NCBI GenBank assembly: GCA_963733675.1
Contig: CAVTET010000004.1
Span: forward strand, 608,001 to 672,000
DNA from: an uncultured Methanosarcinaceae archaeon
GTDB taxonomy: Archaea; Halobacteriota; Methanosarcinia; Methanosarcinales; Methanosarcinaceae
Length of the DNA: 64,000 nucleotides
Direction of reading: 5' to 3'
Numbering within the stretch: position 1 is the first letter of the stretch; each line of letters starts with the position of its first letter. Made by a program: the position numbers and the translations under genes. Shown here piece after piece: positions 1-10,943 of this stretch. The notes beneath the pieces were generated by a model, which saw only the letters and a program-made list of their open reading frames with translations, did no database searches and was not told the DNA's origin.

Positions 1-833
1 CCAGTCTGTGGATCTTCGAGTTCTGGGAAATCATGCAGCACGTCTGCCATTTCGTTTCCACGTTCACCACAACCAACGTAGACCACAATTTCGGTATCAC
101 TCCACTTTGAAAGCTGTTGCTGTGTAACGGTCTTACCGGACCCAAAAGGTCCTGGAATTGCCGCAGTACCTCCCTTTGCTACAGGGAAGAGTCCGTCGAG
201 GATTCTCTGTCCTGTGACCAACGGCTTTGTGGGCAGTAGTTTCTTCGCCACAGGTCTGGGTCTACGCACAGGCCATTTCTGCATCATTTTCAGCTCTGTC
301 CCATCAGTCAAAGTGCAGACAGTATCTATAACAGTGAAGTTTCCGCTCTTAATTTCGGAGATTGTACCCGAGATATCCGGGTGCACCATGATCTTGTGTT
401 CAATGTTTACAGTTTCCTGAACGACTCCAATCACGTCTCCACCTTTGACAACATCTCCCTTTTTGACAACAGGTTTGAATTCCCATAGTCTTTTGTGGTC
501 AAGTCCGTCTGCACTAACACCTCTCTGAATGAAGCTGCCCATCTTCTCAAGCAGAACGTGCAAAGGCCTTTGAACCCCGTCATAAATACTTGAAAGAAGA
601 CCTGGACCAAGTTCCAAGGACAGAGGCATCCCTGTAGTTACACATTTCTCCCCTGGCCTTACGCCCCCGGTCTCTTCATATACCTGGATAATGGTTTTGG
701 GCCCCACTATCTGGATTACTTCACCCATTAAACCTTCATTACCGACTTTGACCAGGTCATACATTTTTGCCTGTAAGCCGATAGCGGTGACGACAGGCCC
801 AGCCACACGATAAATTTCACCTTTTACTTCCAC
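1..833 (-). CDS. atpA: A1Ao ATP synthase subunit A (5' part; runs off window)
   Basis: GTG at 833 overlaps the atpF stop. Reverse translation gives [16 protein letters not shown]... and Walker A GPFGSGKT near 130-153. Confidence 0.96.
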   Translation of the reverse strand, partial: MEVKGEIYRVAGPVVTAIGLQAKMYDLVKVGNEGLMGEVIQIVGPKTIIQVYEETGGVRPGEKCVTTGMPLSLELGPGLLSSIYDGVQRPLHVLLEKMGSFIQRGVSADGLDHKRLWEFKPVVKKGDVVKGGDVIGVVQETVNIEHKIMVHPDISGTISEIKSGNFTVIDTVCTLTDGTELKMMQKWPVRRPRPVAKKLLPTKPLVTGQRILDGLFPVAKGGTAAIPGPFGSGKTVTQQQLSKWSDTEIVVYVGCGERGNEMADVLHDFPELEDPQT

Positions 834-1129
834 AAATCAACACCTACCGCTTGTTTTATTTTGTCTCTTAAACTCATTACGCCTGCTCCGCTGCCTCCCA
901 TAGTTACTATTGTGGGCTGGACAGACTCATTTAAGTTTTTCCTTAAAATTTCCGGCAGAGTACCAATATCATCATTATGCATTACAATAATCCCTATATT
1001 CTTATCTTGAAGAACAGATCTTACCGCAGACTCGATGGCACTTTTATCAGCAGTTTCGTAAACCTTTCGGATACCAGCTAGTCTGAATCCCGTAACAAAA
1101 TCGCCATTTCCGATCACTGCTAATTCCAT
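824..1129 (-). CDS. atpF: A1Ao ATP synthase subunit F
   Basis: 101 aa, [17 protein letters not shown]...[11 protein letters not shown]; position in operon. Confidence 0.95.
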   Translation of the reverse strand: MELAVIGNGDFVTGFRLAGIRKVYETADKSAIESAVRSVLQDKNIGIIVMHNDDIGTLPEILRKNLNESVQPTIVTMGGSGAGVMSLRDKIKQAVGVDLWK

Positions 1130-2202
1130 TAAATAACCACCAACTGATCTTTTATTAAGTTCTCATCGAGGCCAACTTCCTTACCCCTATAGATGATCCG
1201 AAGATTTGTGACCTCATTGTTTTTATGGATAATGTAGTCCACAACAGGCATAATTGATATCGGAGAAGCATGCGAAAAAGTGGTTGTATATTCAAGATAT
1301 TTTCTTGTGAGTCTTCTTTCAAGATTAATCAGAGAATCCATATCCTGATCAGCAATGCCTGAAATTGAATTCCAATAGTGCGTTTTTTGGAGTTCATTGA
1401 CAAATTCTCCATATGGAAGAGGCGCCAGTTTCTCGGTATTCAACTCGAGCCCACCCTCAATCATGAGAGGCATGATATCATCAGACTGCTCAACTCCGGA
1501 TTTCTTCAACCTGAAGAGATTACTCAAGTTCTTAACATCAACTTCCAGCTTGATGAACTTGGTAAGAAGCTTACGATCCTTAGATTTTGGTTTTCCGATT
1601 GCTTCAAAAAGACTTGAGTAATACATCTTATCAAGTTTATTTTCTATATCTGCCAGGTTAGTTCCGTCAAATCCCTGCAACAAGAGATAATACTCAGTCT
1701 TTCTCAGGGCCTCAACGATTTCCTGATACGTGGCCTTAGCTGCAAGTTCTGACAAGAAGCTGTAAGTAAACTGCCCAGTAGCAATCAGAAACTCCAGGAT
1801 TTCTTCAACAGATGCGTTGTAGAGTTTACCACGGAGAAGTGTTTTGACGTTCCAGATTTCATACCTTTTTAGATATGCGGTAATCAGGTAATTCAGCTCT
1901 CCTGATGTAATTCTTCCCAACTTATCAAAGGTAAGCGCAAGATTCCTATTTAATGCGTGTTCTGCCAAATCGCCACCGTTATATTTCATTGCCAGTTCGT
2001 CAACATCGTTTTTGTATTCAGACTCTTGGATGAAACGGGTAATTTCATCAATCCCCATATTTAGCAGCCGGGGATATGATTCTTTAGGAAGCAACTTACT
2101 CTTCATCACGCGAACGCGAGTTACGGCATAAGCATAGTTAGAACTACCTTTTTTCTTCTTTTGTGTGGGGGTTTCCCCCCGGAATCTCTCCAAAAGCCGC
2201 AT
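1129..2202 (-). CDS. atpC: A1Ao ATP synthase subunit C
   Basis: 357 aa, [16 protein letters not shown]...[13 protein letters not shown]; position in operon. Confidence 0.95.
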   Translation of the reverse strand: MRLLERFRGETPTQKKKKGSSNYAYAVTRVRVMKSKLLPKESYPRLLNMGIDEITRFIQESEYKNDVDELAMKYNGGDLAEHALNRNLALTFDKLGRITSGELNYLITAYLKRYEIWNVKTLLRGKLYNASVEEILEFLIATGQFTYSFLSELAAKATYQEIVEALRKTEYYLLLQGFDGTNLADIENKLDKMYYSSLFEAIGKPKSKDRKLLTKFIKLEVDVKNLSNLFRLKKSGVEQSDDIMPLMIEGGLELNTEKLAPLPYGEFVNELQKTHYWNSISGIADQDMDSLINLERRLTRKYLEYTTTFSHASPISIMPVVDYIIHKNNEVTNLRIIYRGKEVGLDENLIKDQLVVI

Positions 2203-2208
2203 CGAACA

Positions 2209-2760
2209 TCACCCGTGTAAAATATCAGAGATCTGCTTTAATGAACGCTCATATACGTTTTTTAGGATTGAATCGTATGTGAAATCTAACCTGACTGTTC
2301 CATCCTCGTTTTCCTGAACAACGCCGCCGATAGAATCGATGTTACCAGCGTAAGATAAAGAAGATAATTTCTTGACAATAGTTTCTGAGTTTTTGTTAGA
2401 ATAGATCCTGACTCCATCAGCTTTATTCTTCTCGATTAGAGCACTTAAAAGCTTCTCGGCTTTAGAAGCAGGCATTGATTTTATAGACTCATACATTTTA
2501 TTGTAGACCTGATCTAAAAGTTCCTTCCGTTTGTTGAGCCTTATTCTTTTTACTTCCAAATTTGCACTGGATATTACTTGCTGGTGCAATTTTTTAAGGT
2601 CCTCTTCAGCTTGTGCAAGGCTGTCTCCGAGCATTTTTTTTTGGGCATCTCTAGCCTCATTTAGAATTTCAGACACTTTTGCATCAGCTTCAGCCTTGAT
2701 CGTGGAAACCTCAGCCTGCGCACCACTCTGGATATCCCTTAAAACGATATCTAGTCCCAT
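2209..2760 (-). CDS. atpE: A1Ao ATP synthase subunit E
   Basis: 183 aa with helical N-terminus and IGGVV..DGTVRLDFT motif; SD GGAGGT upstream. Confidence 0.93.
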   Translation of the reverse strand: MGLDIVLRDIQSGAQAEVSTIKAEADAKVSEILNEARDAQKKMLGDSLAQAEEDLKKLHQQVISSANLEVKRIRLNKRKELLDQVYNKMYESIKSMPASKAEKLLSALIEKNKADGVRIYSNKNSETIVKKLSSLSYAGNIDSIGGVVQENEDGTVRLDFTYDSILKNVYERSLKQISDILHG

Positions 2761-2781
2761 GCTTCTACCTCCAAATAAACA

Positions 2782-2931
2782 AGAGCAAAAAATGCCCTAG
2801 AGAGCAAAAAATGCCCTAAGAGAACAAATGATGCCCTTAAAGAACAAACTGCCCTACAATCTTAGCGCATAGATGCCCTCATGGTTAAGAGCAAAGGATG
2901 CTCTAAAAAATTTAAGAGCAGGAGATGCTCC
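2782..2931 (-). repeat. Array of seven short imperfect palindromes (mRNA strand AGGGCA-N3-5-TGYTCT) between atpK and atpE
   Basis: Units start at 2782, 2801, 2821, 2841, 2864, 2888 and 2915; + strand AGA(G/A)CA-N3-5-TGC(C/T)CT. Confidence 0.9.
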
Positions 2932-2969
2932 TAAATCAATTTATCTGCTGAGTAAACACTGCTTTATAA

Positions 2970-3218
2970 TTACTTTATAAGCAGTGCCACGACAAGACCG
3001 AAGATAACGATTGTCTCTGGAATAACAGTAAGGATCAGACCCTTACCAAACAAGGCTTCATTCTCTGCCATTGCACCAATTGCTGCAGAACCTATTTCCT
3101 TTTCTGCCCATCCGGATGCAAGACCAGTTCCTGTAATTGCGATTCCTGCTCCGATTGCTTTAAGCCCTGCGTCCCCAATCATTTGTGTAGCTACTGCTAC
3201 TGTTCCTGCGTCTACCAT
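2970..3218 (-). CDS. atpK: A1Ao ATP synthase proteolipid (subunit K/c)
   Basis: 82 aa, two hydrophobic helices, ion-binding IPETIVIFG. Confidence 0.96.
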   Translation of the reverse strand: MVDAGTVAVATQMIGDAGLKAIGAGIAITGTGLASGWAEKEIGSAAIGAMAENEALFGKGLILTVIPETIVIFGLVVALLIK

Positions 3219-3223
3219 GGTTT

Positions 3224-5176
3224 TTATTCCTCCGTATATTTTCTAATGTAACCAAATGGATTGAATTTTTTGCCCCCGCCTTGATAGAATTTTCCGAAAA
3301 ATTCTACATACTGCAACCTAAGTGAATGCAGTCCGGGAGCGATGATACTCAAGACAGTGTTAAGAGCATGTCCGAGTATAAATACAATTATTGCAGCTAT
3401 TGCTACGAGACCGATCTTGGAATGATCAGCCCATATCATGCCGAAAGCAATAGTATTGATAGTTGATGCGATGTAAATCGAAGACAGACCGACTGCAATA
3501 ATACGGGCATAAGACAATGCGTTACCCATCAGAGATGGCAATTCTACCGGACCCTTGATACCTTCACCCATAGTGAGCATCACAATTCCGAGAAGAAGAA
3601 TAACAACACCGACATAAGTTAGCCCGGAAATAACACCAAAATAGCCGAGAGCTGCAAAGAGTACACCAAGCTCAATAATCATCCAACTGCCTTTTTCAAG
3701 AACTGCATGCTTTAATCCATGGTGTTTGGAAATGTTTATAAATCCAAGAATATACCCAAGGTTTAAATGCAACAGTCCTACTGCGACAGATACTCCAATC
3801 ATAGTCATTACCATGTGAGCTCTGTGGACAGGAAATGTAAATTCTTCACCGCTAATTCCTGGAAATAGAGTAATTGTATTCCAGAAAGGTAACAACCCTG
3901 CCACAGTTTCGCCTTCTTTGTGCAGACTTGCTAACGGAAATCCAAGAAACTCACCATAAATAATGCCAAATATAAATGTTGAGATCTGACAATACAGCAA
4001 AATGTTCATTAGAGGCTTCACTGCATCTGATTTTACGAGTGATTTAATCGCAAGCGCCATTGCTCCCAAAATAATTGCGTACCCGATATCTCCGAGAATC
4101 ATTCCATATATCAGTGGAAAAGTGATAAAGATAATCGAAGATGGATCGATTTCAGTGTATCGGGGTCTGGAATACAGATTCATGATCTCTTGCATAGGTG
4201 CCACTGGTTTAGAGTTATTATATTCGACTGGTATATGCTCTTCTTCCTCTTCTTCTTCTATTCCGATTGAAGTAACATATGCCCGACCGGATGTAGCATC
4301 ATTAACACTGTTGACAAGGATATCGTATTTATCGCTGGGCACCCAACCTTCTATAATAAAGGCATTATCAGATGTAGCGATTCTTAAGGGTAATTCAGCC
4401 TTCTGATTTTCAATACTTAAAACCTCATCACTGGCAAGGAGAAAATCTGTATACTGTGATCTTATGGATTCGACCTCAGCTTTCAGAGACGCGATCTTTC
4501 TGGAGGCTTCAGCCTCTTTCTGTTCGGTTTCCTTTAACAACTCACTTGGGACACCACCTCTTTCCGGAATTCTGAGCTCTTTGAATTCGAGAGCCTGAAG
4601 CACTTCAGCGACTTTAGATGCATCTTTCTTGGCTACAAATAGTACGACAGTTTTTGTATTTACATCAAAAAACAGTTCGTATGCCTGTGTGACGCGTGAA
4701 ATCAGAACTTCTTCTAAATTTTCTTTGACTAATCCTGAAAAAACCTCAAGGTTTTCATAACCGCGATAATAGTCAAAATCCAGATTAATGGACAAGAATG
4801 GTAGAAGTTCCTTCTTTTGAGCCTCGATATTCTTTAAATCGGTCTCATATTTATTGATGATTTTTATTTTTTCCGAGATGTCACTGTCCAGTTTATCCAG
4901 CTTTGCATCAAGTTCGCGCAGAACTGCATTAGTTTTCTGGACGGCCGGCATTGTTCGCTCAATCCCCAAATAATTGGAGATAGAACGGATCTTCACAAGC
5001 TTTTTAGATACTTCTTCTGCATTTTGAAATGGCTTGCTTATCTTAAAACCAGATTCATCTTCTATAAAATCTTCAATGTGTAAGAGATTAGAATCGTGTA
5101 ACGAATCGATGGTTTCTTTTAAAACACTTTTATGCCCAACAATTACAGCTTTAGTCATTCTTTTAGGTCTACTCAT
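3224..5176 (-). CDS. atpI: A1Ao ATP synthase subunit I
   Basis: Soluble N-terminus plus multi-TM C-terminus with [15 protein letters not shown] and [12 protein letters not shown]; likely start MSRPKRM at 5176. Confidence 0.95.
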   Translation of the reverse strand: MSRPKRMTKAVIVGHKSVLKETIDSLHDSNLLHIEDFIEDESGFKISKPFQNAEEVSKKLVKIRSISNYLGIERTMPAVQKTNAVLRELDAKLDKLDSDISEKIKIINKYETDLKNIEAQKKELLPFLSINLDFDYYRGYENLEVFSGLVKENLEEVLISRVTQAYELFFDVNTKTVVLFVAKKDASKVAEVLQALEFKELRIPERGGVPSELLKETEQKEAEASRKIASLKAEVESIRSQYTDFLLASDEVLSIENQKAELPLRIATSDNAFIIEGWVPSDKYDILVNSVNDATSGRAYVTSIGIEEEEEEEHIPVEYNNSKPVAPMQEIMNLYSRPRYTEIDPSSIIFITFPLIYGMILGDIGYAIILGAMALAIKSLVKSDAVKPLMNILLYCQISTFIFGIIYGEFLGFPLASLHKEGETVAGLLPFWNTITLFPGISGEEFTFPVHRAHMVMTMIGVSVAVGLLHLNLGYILGFINISKHHGLKHAVLEKGSWMIIELGVLFAALGYFGVISGLTYVGVVILLLGIVMLTMGEGIKGPVELPSLMGNALSYARIIAVGLSSIYIASTINTIAFGMIWADHSKIGLVAIAAIIVFILGHALNTVLSIIAPGLHSLRLQYVEFFGKFYQGGGKKFNPFGYIRKYTEE

Positions 5177-5495
5177 GAACCGCCCTCTCAAACTCTTTTA
5201 ATAAGTAATCGACGGCTTTGTCAACGTTAGCTTGAGCTTTGTGGGCCATTGCTAAAGCATTTTGTTCACCATCTTTAAGGATCCTCTCTCTTTCAGCCTG
5301 GATCTTTTCTTCACCTGATTTAAAGGCATCTTGTGCAGCTTTATTTGAATCTACTTTAGCTTGTTTCAGGATTTCTCTAGCTTCAGCTCGAGCATCAGAC
5401 ATTCGTTTGTTTTTCACTTCAATGGCTTCATCAATCATTTTTTTCGCATTCTCTTCTGCTTTTTTGATTTCAGATAAGATTTCATTTTTAGCCAT
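5169..5495 (-). CDS. atpH: A1Ao ATP synthase subunit H (peripheral stalk)
   Basis: 108 aa Ala/Glu/Lys coiled coil, first gene of the operon. Confidence 0.9.
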   Translation of the reverse strand: MAKNEILSEIKKAEENAKKMIDEAIEVKNKRMSDARAEAREILKQAKVDSNKAAQDAFKSGEEKIQAERERILKDGEQNALAMAHKAQANVDKAVDYLLKEFERAVHE

Positions 5496-5779
5496 GTGAA
5501 TCTCCGTCTCTCAAAATTTAATATATAAATTAATAATTAAAAATCCCTACTCCAACGGGGTAGTTAACAACCCTTTGTGAAAGAACTATATAATAGCTTC
5601 GATTTTATCAAAGAAGAGAAAAGTAAATATAATGAAAAATCACCTCACCGTTAAATTTACAAAAATTAATTTACAAAAATTTTTAGGAAAAATAAAAATA
5701 TAAATAGGAAAAAGATATAGATAATTAAAATAAAAAGCTGTGTATTTGATTTTTGAGAAGTTAAAATATCTTAACAATA

Positions 5780-6540
5780 TACTCCTGAAAACTTTTACTG
5801 ATTTTGCTCTTAAAGGAGAATACGAACTTTTTCAGTTAGTTGGAAACAAACTTGCTGAACTTGATTCCTTAATTGATTGGAAACCTTTTCTTATCATTTT
5901 TGAGTCTATATATTTTAACAAAACCGTTTTCTGAGGCAGACGTGAAGCTGAAGTAGTCATTATGTTTAAATACTTTTTTACAGCGATTACATGGTCCATC
6001 CGATTTTGAACTTGAGAAACAATGTATTGATTGGATTTCTTTCAGGAACTTTCTTGGTTTTTCGGATCACATTTCATAAAGAACCAAATTCTGATAATTC
6101 ATAAAAAGAATTATTGGTAAGTGCAAAGAAGAGAAAATATATGGACAGCTGTAGATGCAACTTAATTGCCTGGTGTGAAAATAAAAAAACAACGATTCAA
6201 AAAGCTACATTTATTTATTAAGTTCCTGGCCATGCAAAAGCAGATTAACCTCGGGAAGATAAAGCAAGAAAGGGTCATCAATGACAGAACCTGGGAAAAA
6301 AGTTAGTAAATAACACATTGGATATAAACTTCATTGCATTTAATATACAGGGATTATAGGCTGATCAGGAGATTCAAAACAACTACTCTTCAATCATGAT
6401 TTCAGGTAGGTTTAATCAAAAAGGTGAAGTGGTTTTACAGATACAGAGTGTACTTTGAAGCAAAATCAAAAGGTTATGATACAACAATGAAAACAGAAGT
6501 AAAAGAACATTTTCTGGAAATGACCAACATATGAAGAAAC
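5780..6540 (+). pseudogene. Degenerate IS5-family transposase
   Basis: Fragments FTDFALK.EY...VGNKLAELDSLIDWKPF and ELEKQCID.ISFR.FLGF, with many stops and frameshifts. Ends approximate. Confidence 0.75.
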
Positions 6541-6559
6541 AAGAGGATAAATTCAAAGT

Positions 6560-8180
6560 TTTATGCAAACCTGTCATTATAGTAGAATTTTGAATAAAGC
6601 TGCTTTTCCTGAATCGATGAAATATCCAATCCATTATGGAACTAATATTTTAGCTTGAGCAATCTATTGTGAAACCTACCAGTTTATCCTCCATGAGAGA
6701 TATTCTAAATTTCTAGATCATCTTATGAAAATAAAAATATGTTCTGCTAATATAATTAGAGCAAAAAAAATTCCAAAATTTAGAGGAATTTGAAAATTTG
6801 ATTAAGAGGCTATCCGAAAAGTCCTGCTGATCTTAATGTTATCAATGCGCACGCTAAATGTAGCATAGCAAGGTAATTTTCAATTTTCTTTTCCCATCTT
6901 ATAAGGAGTCTTCTGAATCTATTCAGCCAAGAATGTGTCCTTTCTACAACCCATCTTCTTGCCCTAAAACCAGGTATGTCTCTTCTTATGTTTTCTTCTC
7001 CACGACTTTTGATATGCGCAGTATAACCATATTCTTCAACAAATTTTATGATATCGTTGAAATCATAACCCTTATCCATGCATATATTCTGAATTATGTC
7101 TCCTGGAGAAGGTCTTTCAAAGAATATGGCGTCTAAAGTCCTTTTCACAAGCTTTTTATCGTGACGATTGGCTCCATCAACGACAACAGAAAGTGGTATG
7201 CCTTTACCATCAGTTAAAACACTCCATTTTATATCTTTTTTGCCACGATCAGTAGGATTGGCTCCTGTTCCAGCTCCACCTAATGGTGTTTTTGTCATAG
7301 CACCATCAATTGATTGTCATTCCCATTCTAATATCGATCATTTACAGTGCTTGGAGCTCCATAAAATCGTGGCAATGCTTTCCATTGGCAACCAGTAAAA
7401 AGGAGATAGAAAATGCCACTCATTATTTTCCTATCACCCTTTCTAGGTCTTCCAGACTTTTTTTTTGGCTTAGGTACAGATAGTAAAGGTTCTATTTTTG
7501 TCCAATAATCTTCAGAAATTTCGTAGTCCGGAACAATTTTCCGTTTTGTCATTACCACACATGATCTTAAATTGAAAGTATATTATTTTTCGGATAGGCT
7601 CTAAGGAAAAGTTAATACTTCTCCTGTTACCCACTGTGATAAAACAGGGATGAAAATCAAGACATCAGGACAGGCTCCATATAGATTACAATAATAAATA
7701 CAATGTTATCGTTCTCATCTAAAAAGAGAATTTATACCACTGGAAGCCATAGGAATTCTTCCGAAATTTAAAAAGGATTCGCAGTTCGCGATGGACGGAA
7801 ATCCTACAACAGTTAGGAATGCACTCACACTTTTACAATGCTCACCTCCAAACAACTTAATAGAACCGAAGAGAATTATTAACAGCAATGATTAAAGAGA
7901 TGAATGAGCTTTTAACAGAAATGAAAAAAATACACTGATGAATTCAAAGATCAAATTAAAGCGTTAGAAGAAATTTCAATTCCAAAGTCATGAAAAAAAA
8001 TGGAGAAAATCGGCCTATCTAAACCCTCAAAACCGGACAGCAAGTGCAAATTCAAAACCAAAATCAAGGAATCTAAGTAGTTTTTTACATACAACACAAA
8101 GAAAAGATCCTGAAGTTCCTTACAGATTTGATAGTTTCATGGGAAAATAACCAGGTAGAAAGGAACATAAGAATGATAAT
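6560..8180 (+). pseudogene. Degenerate IS66-family transposase, interrupted by the IS5 element at 6806-7601
   Basis: Fragments NKAAFPES.KYP..YG, FQNLEEFENLIK|EKL..SPVTHCDKTGMKI and FLTDL.V..ENNQ.ERNIRM. Ends approximate. Confidence 0.75.
6806..7601 (-). mobile_element. IS5-family element (IS1031/IS427-like) with split, internally deleted transposase
   Basis: TIRs GAGGCTATCCGAAAA / TTTTCGGATAGGCTC; TAA duplicated on both sides. ORFs 7328-7558 (GRPR..DR.I..GIFY...TGCQWKALP) and 6810-7298 (DKGYD, RWVVERTHSWLNRFRRL). Confidence 0.92.
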
Positions 8181-8199
8181 AATGGAAAAGATGAAGGTA

Positions 8200-8226
8200 T
8201 TCCCCACAGCTAAAGCAGGGGGCATT
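8200..8226. mobile_element. IS200/IS605-type subterminal hairpin (isolated end)
   Basis: TCCCCACAGCTAAAGCAGGGGGCATT resembles CCCC.CGGCTAAAGCCGGGGG end palindromes. Confidence 0.4.
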
Positions 8227-8495
8227 CTTATACGAAGACCGTGAAAATTTATTCCTGGCAGATCCAATTTCAAAAACGTTCAGATTTTTAAAAAAAATTA
8301 CTTGATGAAATAGACTCTGTTTCAAATCTTCCAAGTATAGAAAACTTGGTATGCAAACCTCAGTATGCAGCTTTCAGTTAAAAAACCAACGCCTGTCTCT
8401 GACTAAAAGGAAGAAAAGTTTCGGAAGAAGGATCTAAATAAGGAGTTTTTCAGACCACTGTTAAGAAAATCTGATTAGAGAACAGTATCCAAATA

Positions 8496-9674
8496 TTATA
8501 TAAGCCTGTGAGGAATTTTTCCACCCCGAGGAATTGTATGAATATACTTCTTCCGGAAAACGGGGTTTCGCATCATACAATAAGAAGTATCCTTTTTGTA
8601 AGCATTATGATTACCCATACGCTTCCAGATAGCCCCCAGAGGTTCTTCACATATGTTTCCAAATGAAAGAGGAGTGTAGGCACAGGGCATTACTTCTCCG
8701 TCCGAAGCAACATGTACCCATCGTCTGCCTGCAAAGCATCCGAAAAGATCCGGGCCCATAAAATAGGGAAAAGCAGTAATTCTGGGACCTTCTGGTTTAA
8801 GGTTCATAGCTTTCTGGAATTTTTCAAGTCTAAATATATCTTTTTCTCCGATTACATCGTCTTCGTGATCAAGCCAGCGCCCTACAGCAATGATTTCATA
8901 GATAGAAACTTCATGCATGCCGATGTCAGTTGCAAGATTGTAGAATTCCTCAAGGTCATCGATGTTATTAGGAGAGACTACCACAAACATATCAGTAAGT
9001 ATCCCGGCAGCAATCGCATTCCTGATGCCAGACAATGCATCGCTGTACGCGCCAGCTCGTCCCCGAACGCGATCATGTTCAGGTTCAAAAGGGCTATCAA
9101 GGCTGACTCTTACAGAATATAAAGATGCTGCCTTAAGCTCTTTTGCTCTTTCTTCCGAAAGTTTGAATCCAGAGGTAAAACAGGTGGTAATTGCCCTAGA
9201 CTTATCCACTCTGGAGACCATCTCGACAAGATCATTTCGAAGCATTGTTTCCCCTCCGTCAAAGGAAACAAGATAAGAACCAAGGTCCAGACTTTGATCT
9301 ACAGCATCGCATATCTCATCCAGAGTCAATTCTCTTTCCGGTTTAATATCAGCTGCTCCACAGTGGATACAGTTATTGGGACAGCGAGCTGTAATTCCAA
9401 TTGAGAACTGATCTGGAATTCTCTTCTTCATGATGGCTGCAATCTCAGCACTCATTACCCTGCTGAAGACAGAGCCGGGAATCGGTGGGATCCATGTGGA
9501 GAAAATAATCTTATCTTCACTCATTGAGATAGGCTTTTCTTTGGCAAAAATATTATTAATGCGCTTCAGGAAAGGTTTTGCGAGCTGGGAAAAAGGACCT
9601 TCCGCATAGAGCACTATTTTCTCATTTTCTGTACTGACATTTACTTTGAGCAGCGGACTATCATATACTCTCAT
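8496..9674 (-). CDS. Radical SAM protein with C-terminal SPASM/twitch-like domain
   Basis: CPNNCIHC (CX3CX2C), DGGE motif, C-terminal GCFAG...DGEVMPC. Confidence 0.93.
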   Translation of the reverse strand: MRVYDSPLLKVNVSTENEKIVLYAEGPFSQLAKPFLKRINNIFAKEKPISMSEDKIIFSTWIPPIPGSVFSRVMSAEIAAIMKKRIPDQFSIGITARCPNNCIHCGAADIKPERELTLDEICDAVDQSLDLGSYLVSFDGGETMLRNDLVEMVSRVDKSRAITTCFTSGFKLSEERAKELKAASLYSVRVSLDSPFEPEHDRVRGRAGAYSDALSGIRNAIAAGILTDMFVVVSPNNIDDLEEFYNLATDIGMHEVSIYEIIAVGRWLDHEDDVIGEKDIFRLEKFQKAMNLKPEGPRITAFPYFMGPDLFGCFAGRRWVHVASDGEVMPCAYTPLSFGNICEEPLGAIWKRMGNHNAYKKDTSYCMMRNPVFRKKYIHTIPRGGKIPHRLI

Positions 9675-9809
9675 GGATACACCTGCTAATGTTAGAGGGG
9701 GAAAAATTGGAAATATGGTAAAATTAAAATAACATACCTATAGTTACAATTTTATATTTCAGGCATAAAGGATTCGATAGGATTCAATTAATTTTAAGCC
9801 AGAGCTGAG

Positions 9810-10670
9810 TTAATCAAACATTTCCAGAATACCGACAGTCATATAATCGGTAATCTGGAAAAGCTTATCTCTTGCCTGACATTCCTTGAATGTCATAAGT
9901 GTCTCTTTTGCGGAATCAACGTGTAACTTTAATGCATCTAAAGATTTCTGCACTGCTTCTTCCTTAGACATGTTTTTCATATAAACATGCGGCAAAGTTT
10001 CAGATGTGAATTTTGACTTCTTGCCTTCAACAACTTCCAGAAATTCAAGAATATCATCAACAATTTGATATGCAGTTCCTAGAGAATTTCCAAATAAGTA
10101 AAAATGCTCCGCTAGAACCTCATCAGCTCCTCCGGTATGGGCTCCTATAGAAGCACTGATCGCAAACAGAGAAGCAGTTTTCATATAAATGCACTTGAAA
10201 TAATCACTTTCCCCGAAATTTTTCTCTTCAAGACCCAGGTCAAGGACTTCCCCTTCAGCCATATCCATTCCAGCTTTCCCAAAATCTCTAATCACCTTCT
10301 CTCCGTAAGGAGAAATGAACTCAATGGACTTTGCAATGAGATAATCACCACAAAGAAGTGCCCTGGAATGACCGAATTTTTCAGGAGCTGAAGGCAGGTT
10401 TCTTCTGATGAGCCCCTGATCCAGCAGGTCATCATGGATAAGTGAAGCTGAATGCATCATTTCAACTGCAAGAGCTGCGCTGAGACTCTGATAATACGAG
10501 CCGGAGCATATTTCGCTCGCTAGAAGAAGGATAATCGGCCTTATTCGTTTTCCTCCGGTATTACAGGCATGTTCTGCTATCTTTTTCAATTTGGAATCCT
10601 TCATTTTATCAATGAATGTTTTTATTCCAGATTCAACATATCTGTACTCTTCCCACTCTTCAATATTCAT
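9810..10670 (-). CDS. Polyprenyl diphosphate synthase, geranylfarnesyl (C25) diphosphate synthase-like
   Basis: GGKRIRP, SLIHDDLLD (FARM), KTA and YQIVDDILE. Likely start MNIEEWEEY at 10670; resembles the Methanosarcina GFPS from recall. Confidence 0.88.
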   Translation of the reverse strand: MNIEEWEEYRYVESGIKTFIDKMKDSKLKKIAEHACNTGGKRIRPIILLLASEICSGSYYQSLSAALAVEMMHSASLIHDDLLDQGLIRRNLPSAPEKFGHSRALLCGDYLIAKSIEFISPYGEKVIRDFGKAGMDMAEGEVLDLGLEEKNFGESDYFKCIYMKTASLFAISASIGAHTGGADEVLAEHFYLFGNSLGTAYQIVDDILEFLEVVEGKKSKFTSETLPHVYMKNMSKEEAVQKSLDALKLHVDSAKETLMTFKECQARDKLFQITDYMTVGILEMFD

Positions 10671-10815
10671 ATTACTCCGAATACTTGGAAGGGTTATCCG
10701 GTACAATCTTATCCGCCTCATATATAAATCCAGAAACCTTAGTTCTGCTTACACTCACCTATTTTCCTTCTGCGAGCTTGAAGGAAAACTGCCTAGCATA
10801 TCTATACACATGATA

Positions 10816-10943
10816 TTCTGTAGATGTACACATATCTATAATTTGTTTGCCTAATATTATACATTGAAAGTTGGATTAACTTTTAAGTCACTGTCATATT
10901 GAAAAAATAGATAGAATTCTTGTGTATATCTGCAGAAAGTGGG
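10816..10943. mobile_element. MITE family A, copy 1
   Basis: TIR TTCTGTAGATGTACACA / TGTGTATATCTGCAGAA. Core CATTGAAA.TT.GATTAA.TTTTAAG..ACTG.CATA.TGA shared with copies at 11913 and 30121. Confidence 0.75.

Noticed and set aside
2782-2931. Palindromic array as a mini-CRISPR
   Set aside because: Units are about 17 bp with 2-10 bp gaps, there are no unique spacers, and no cas genes are present.
214-5499. Plus-strand ORFs within the ATP synthase operon, and similar antisense ORFs over dnaG, lig, lon and hcp
   Set aside because: Antisense shadows of well-supported genes.
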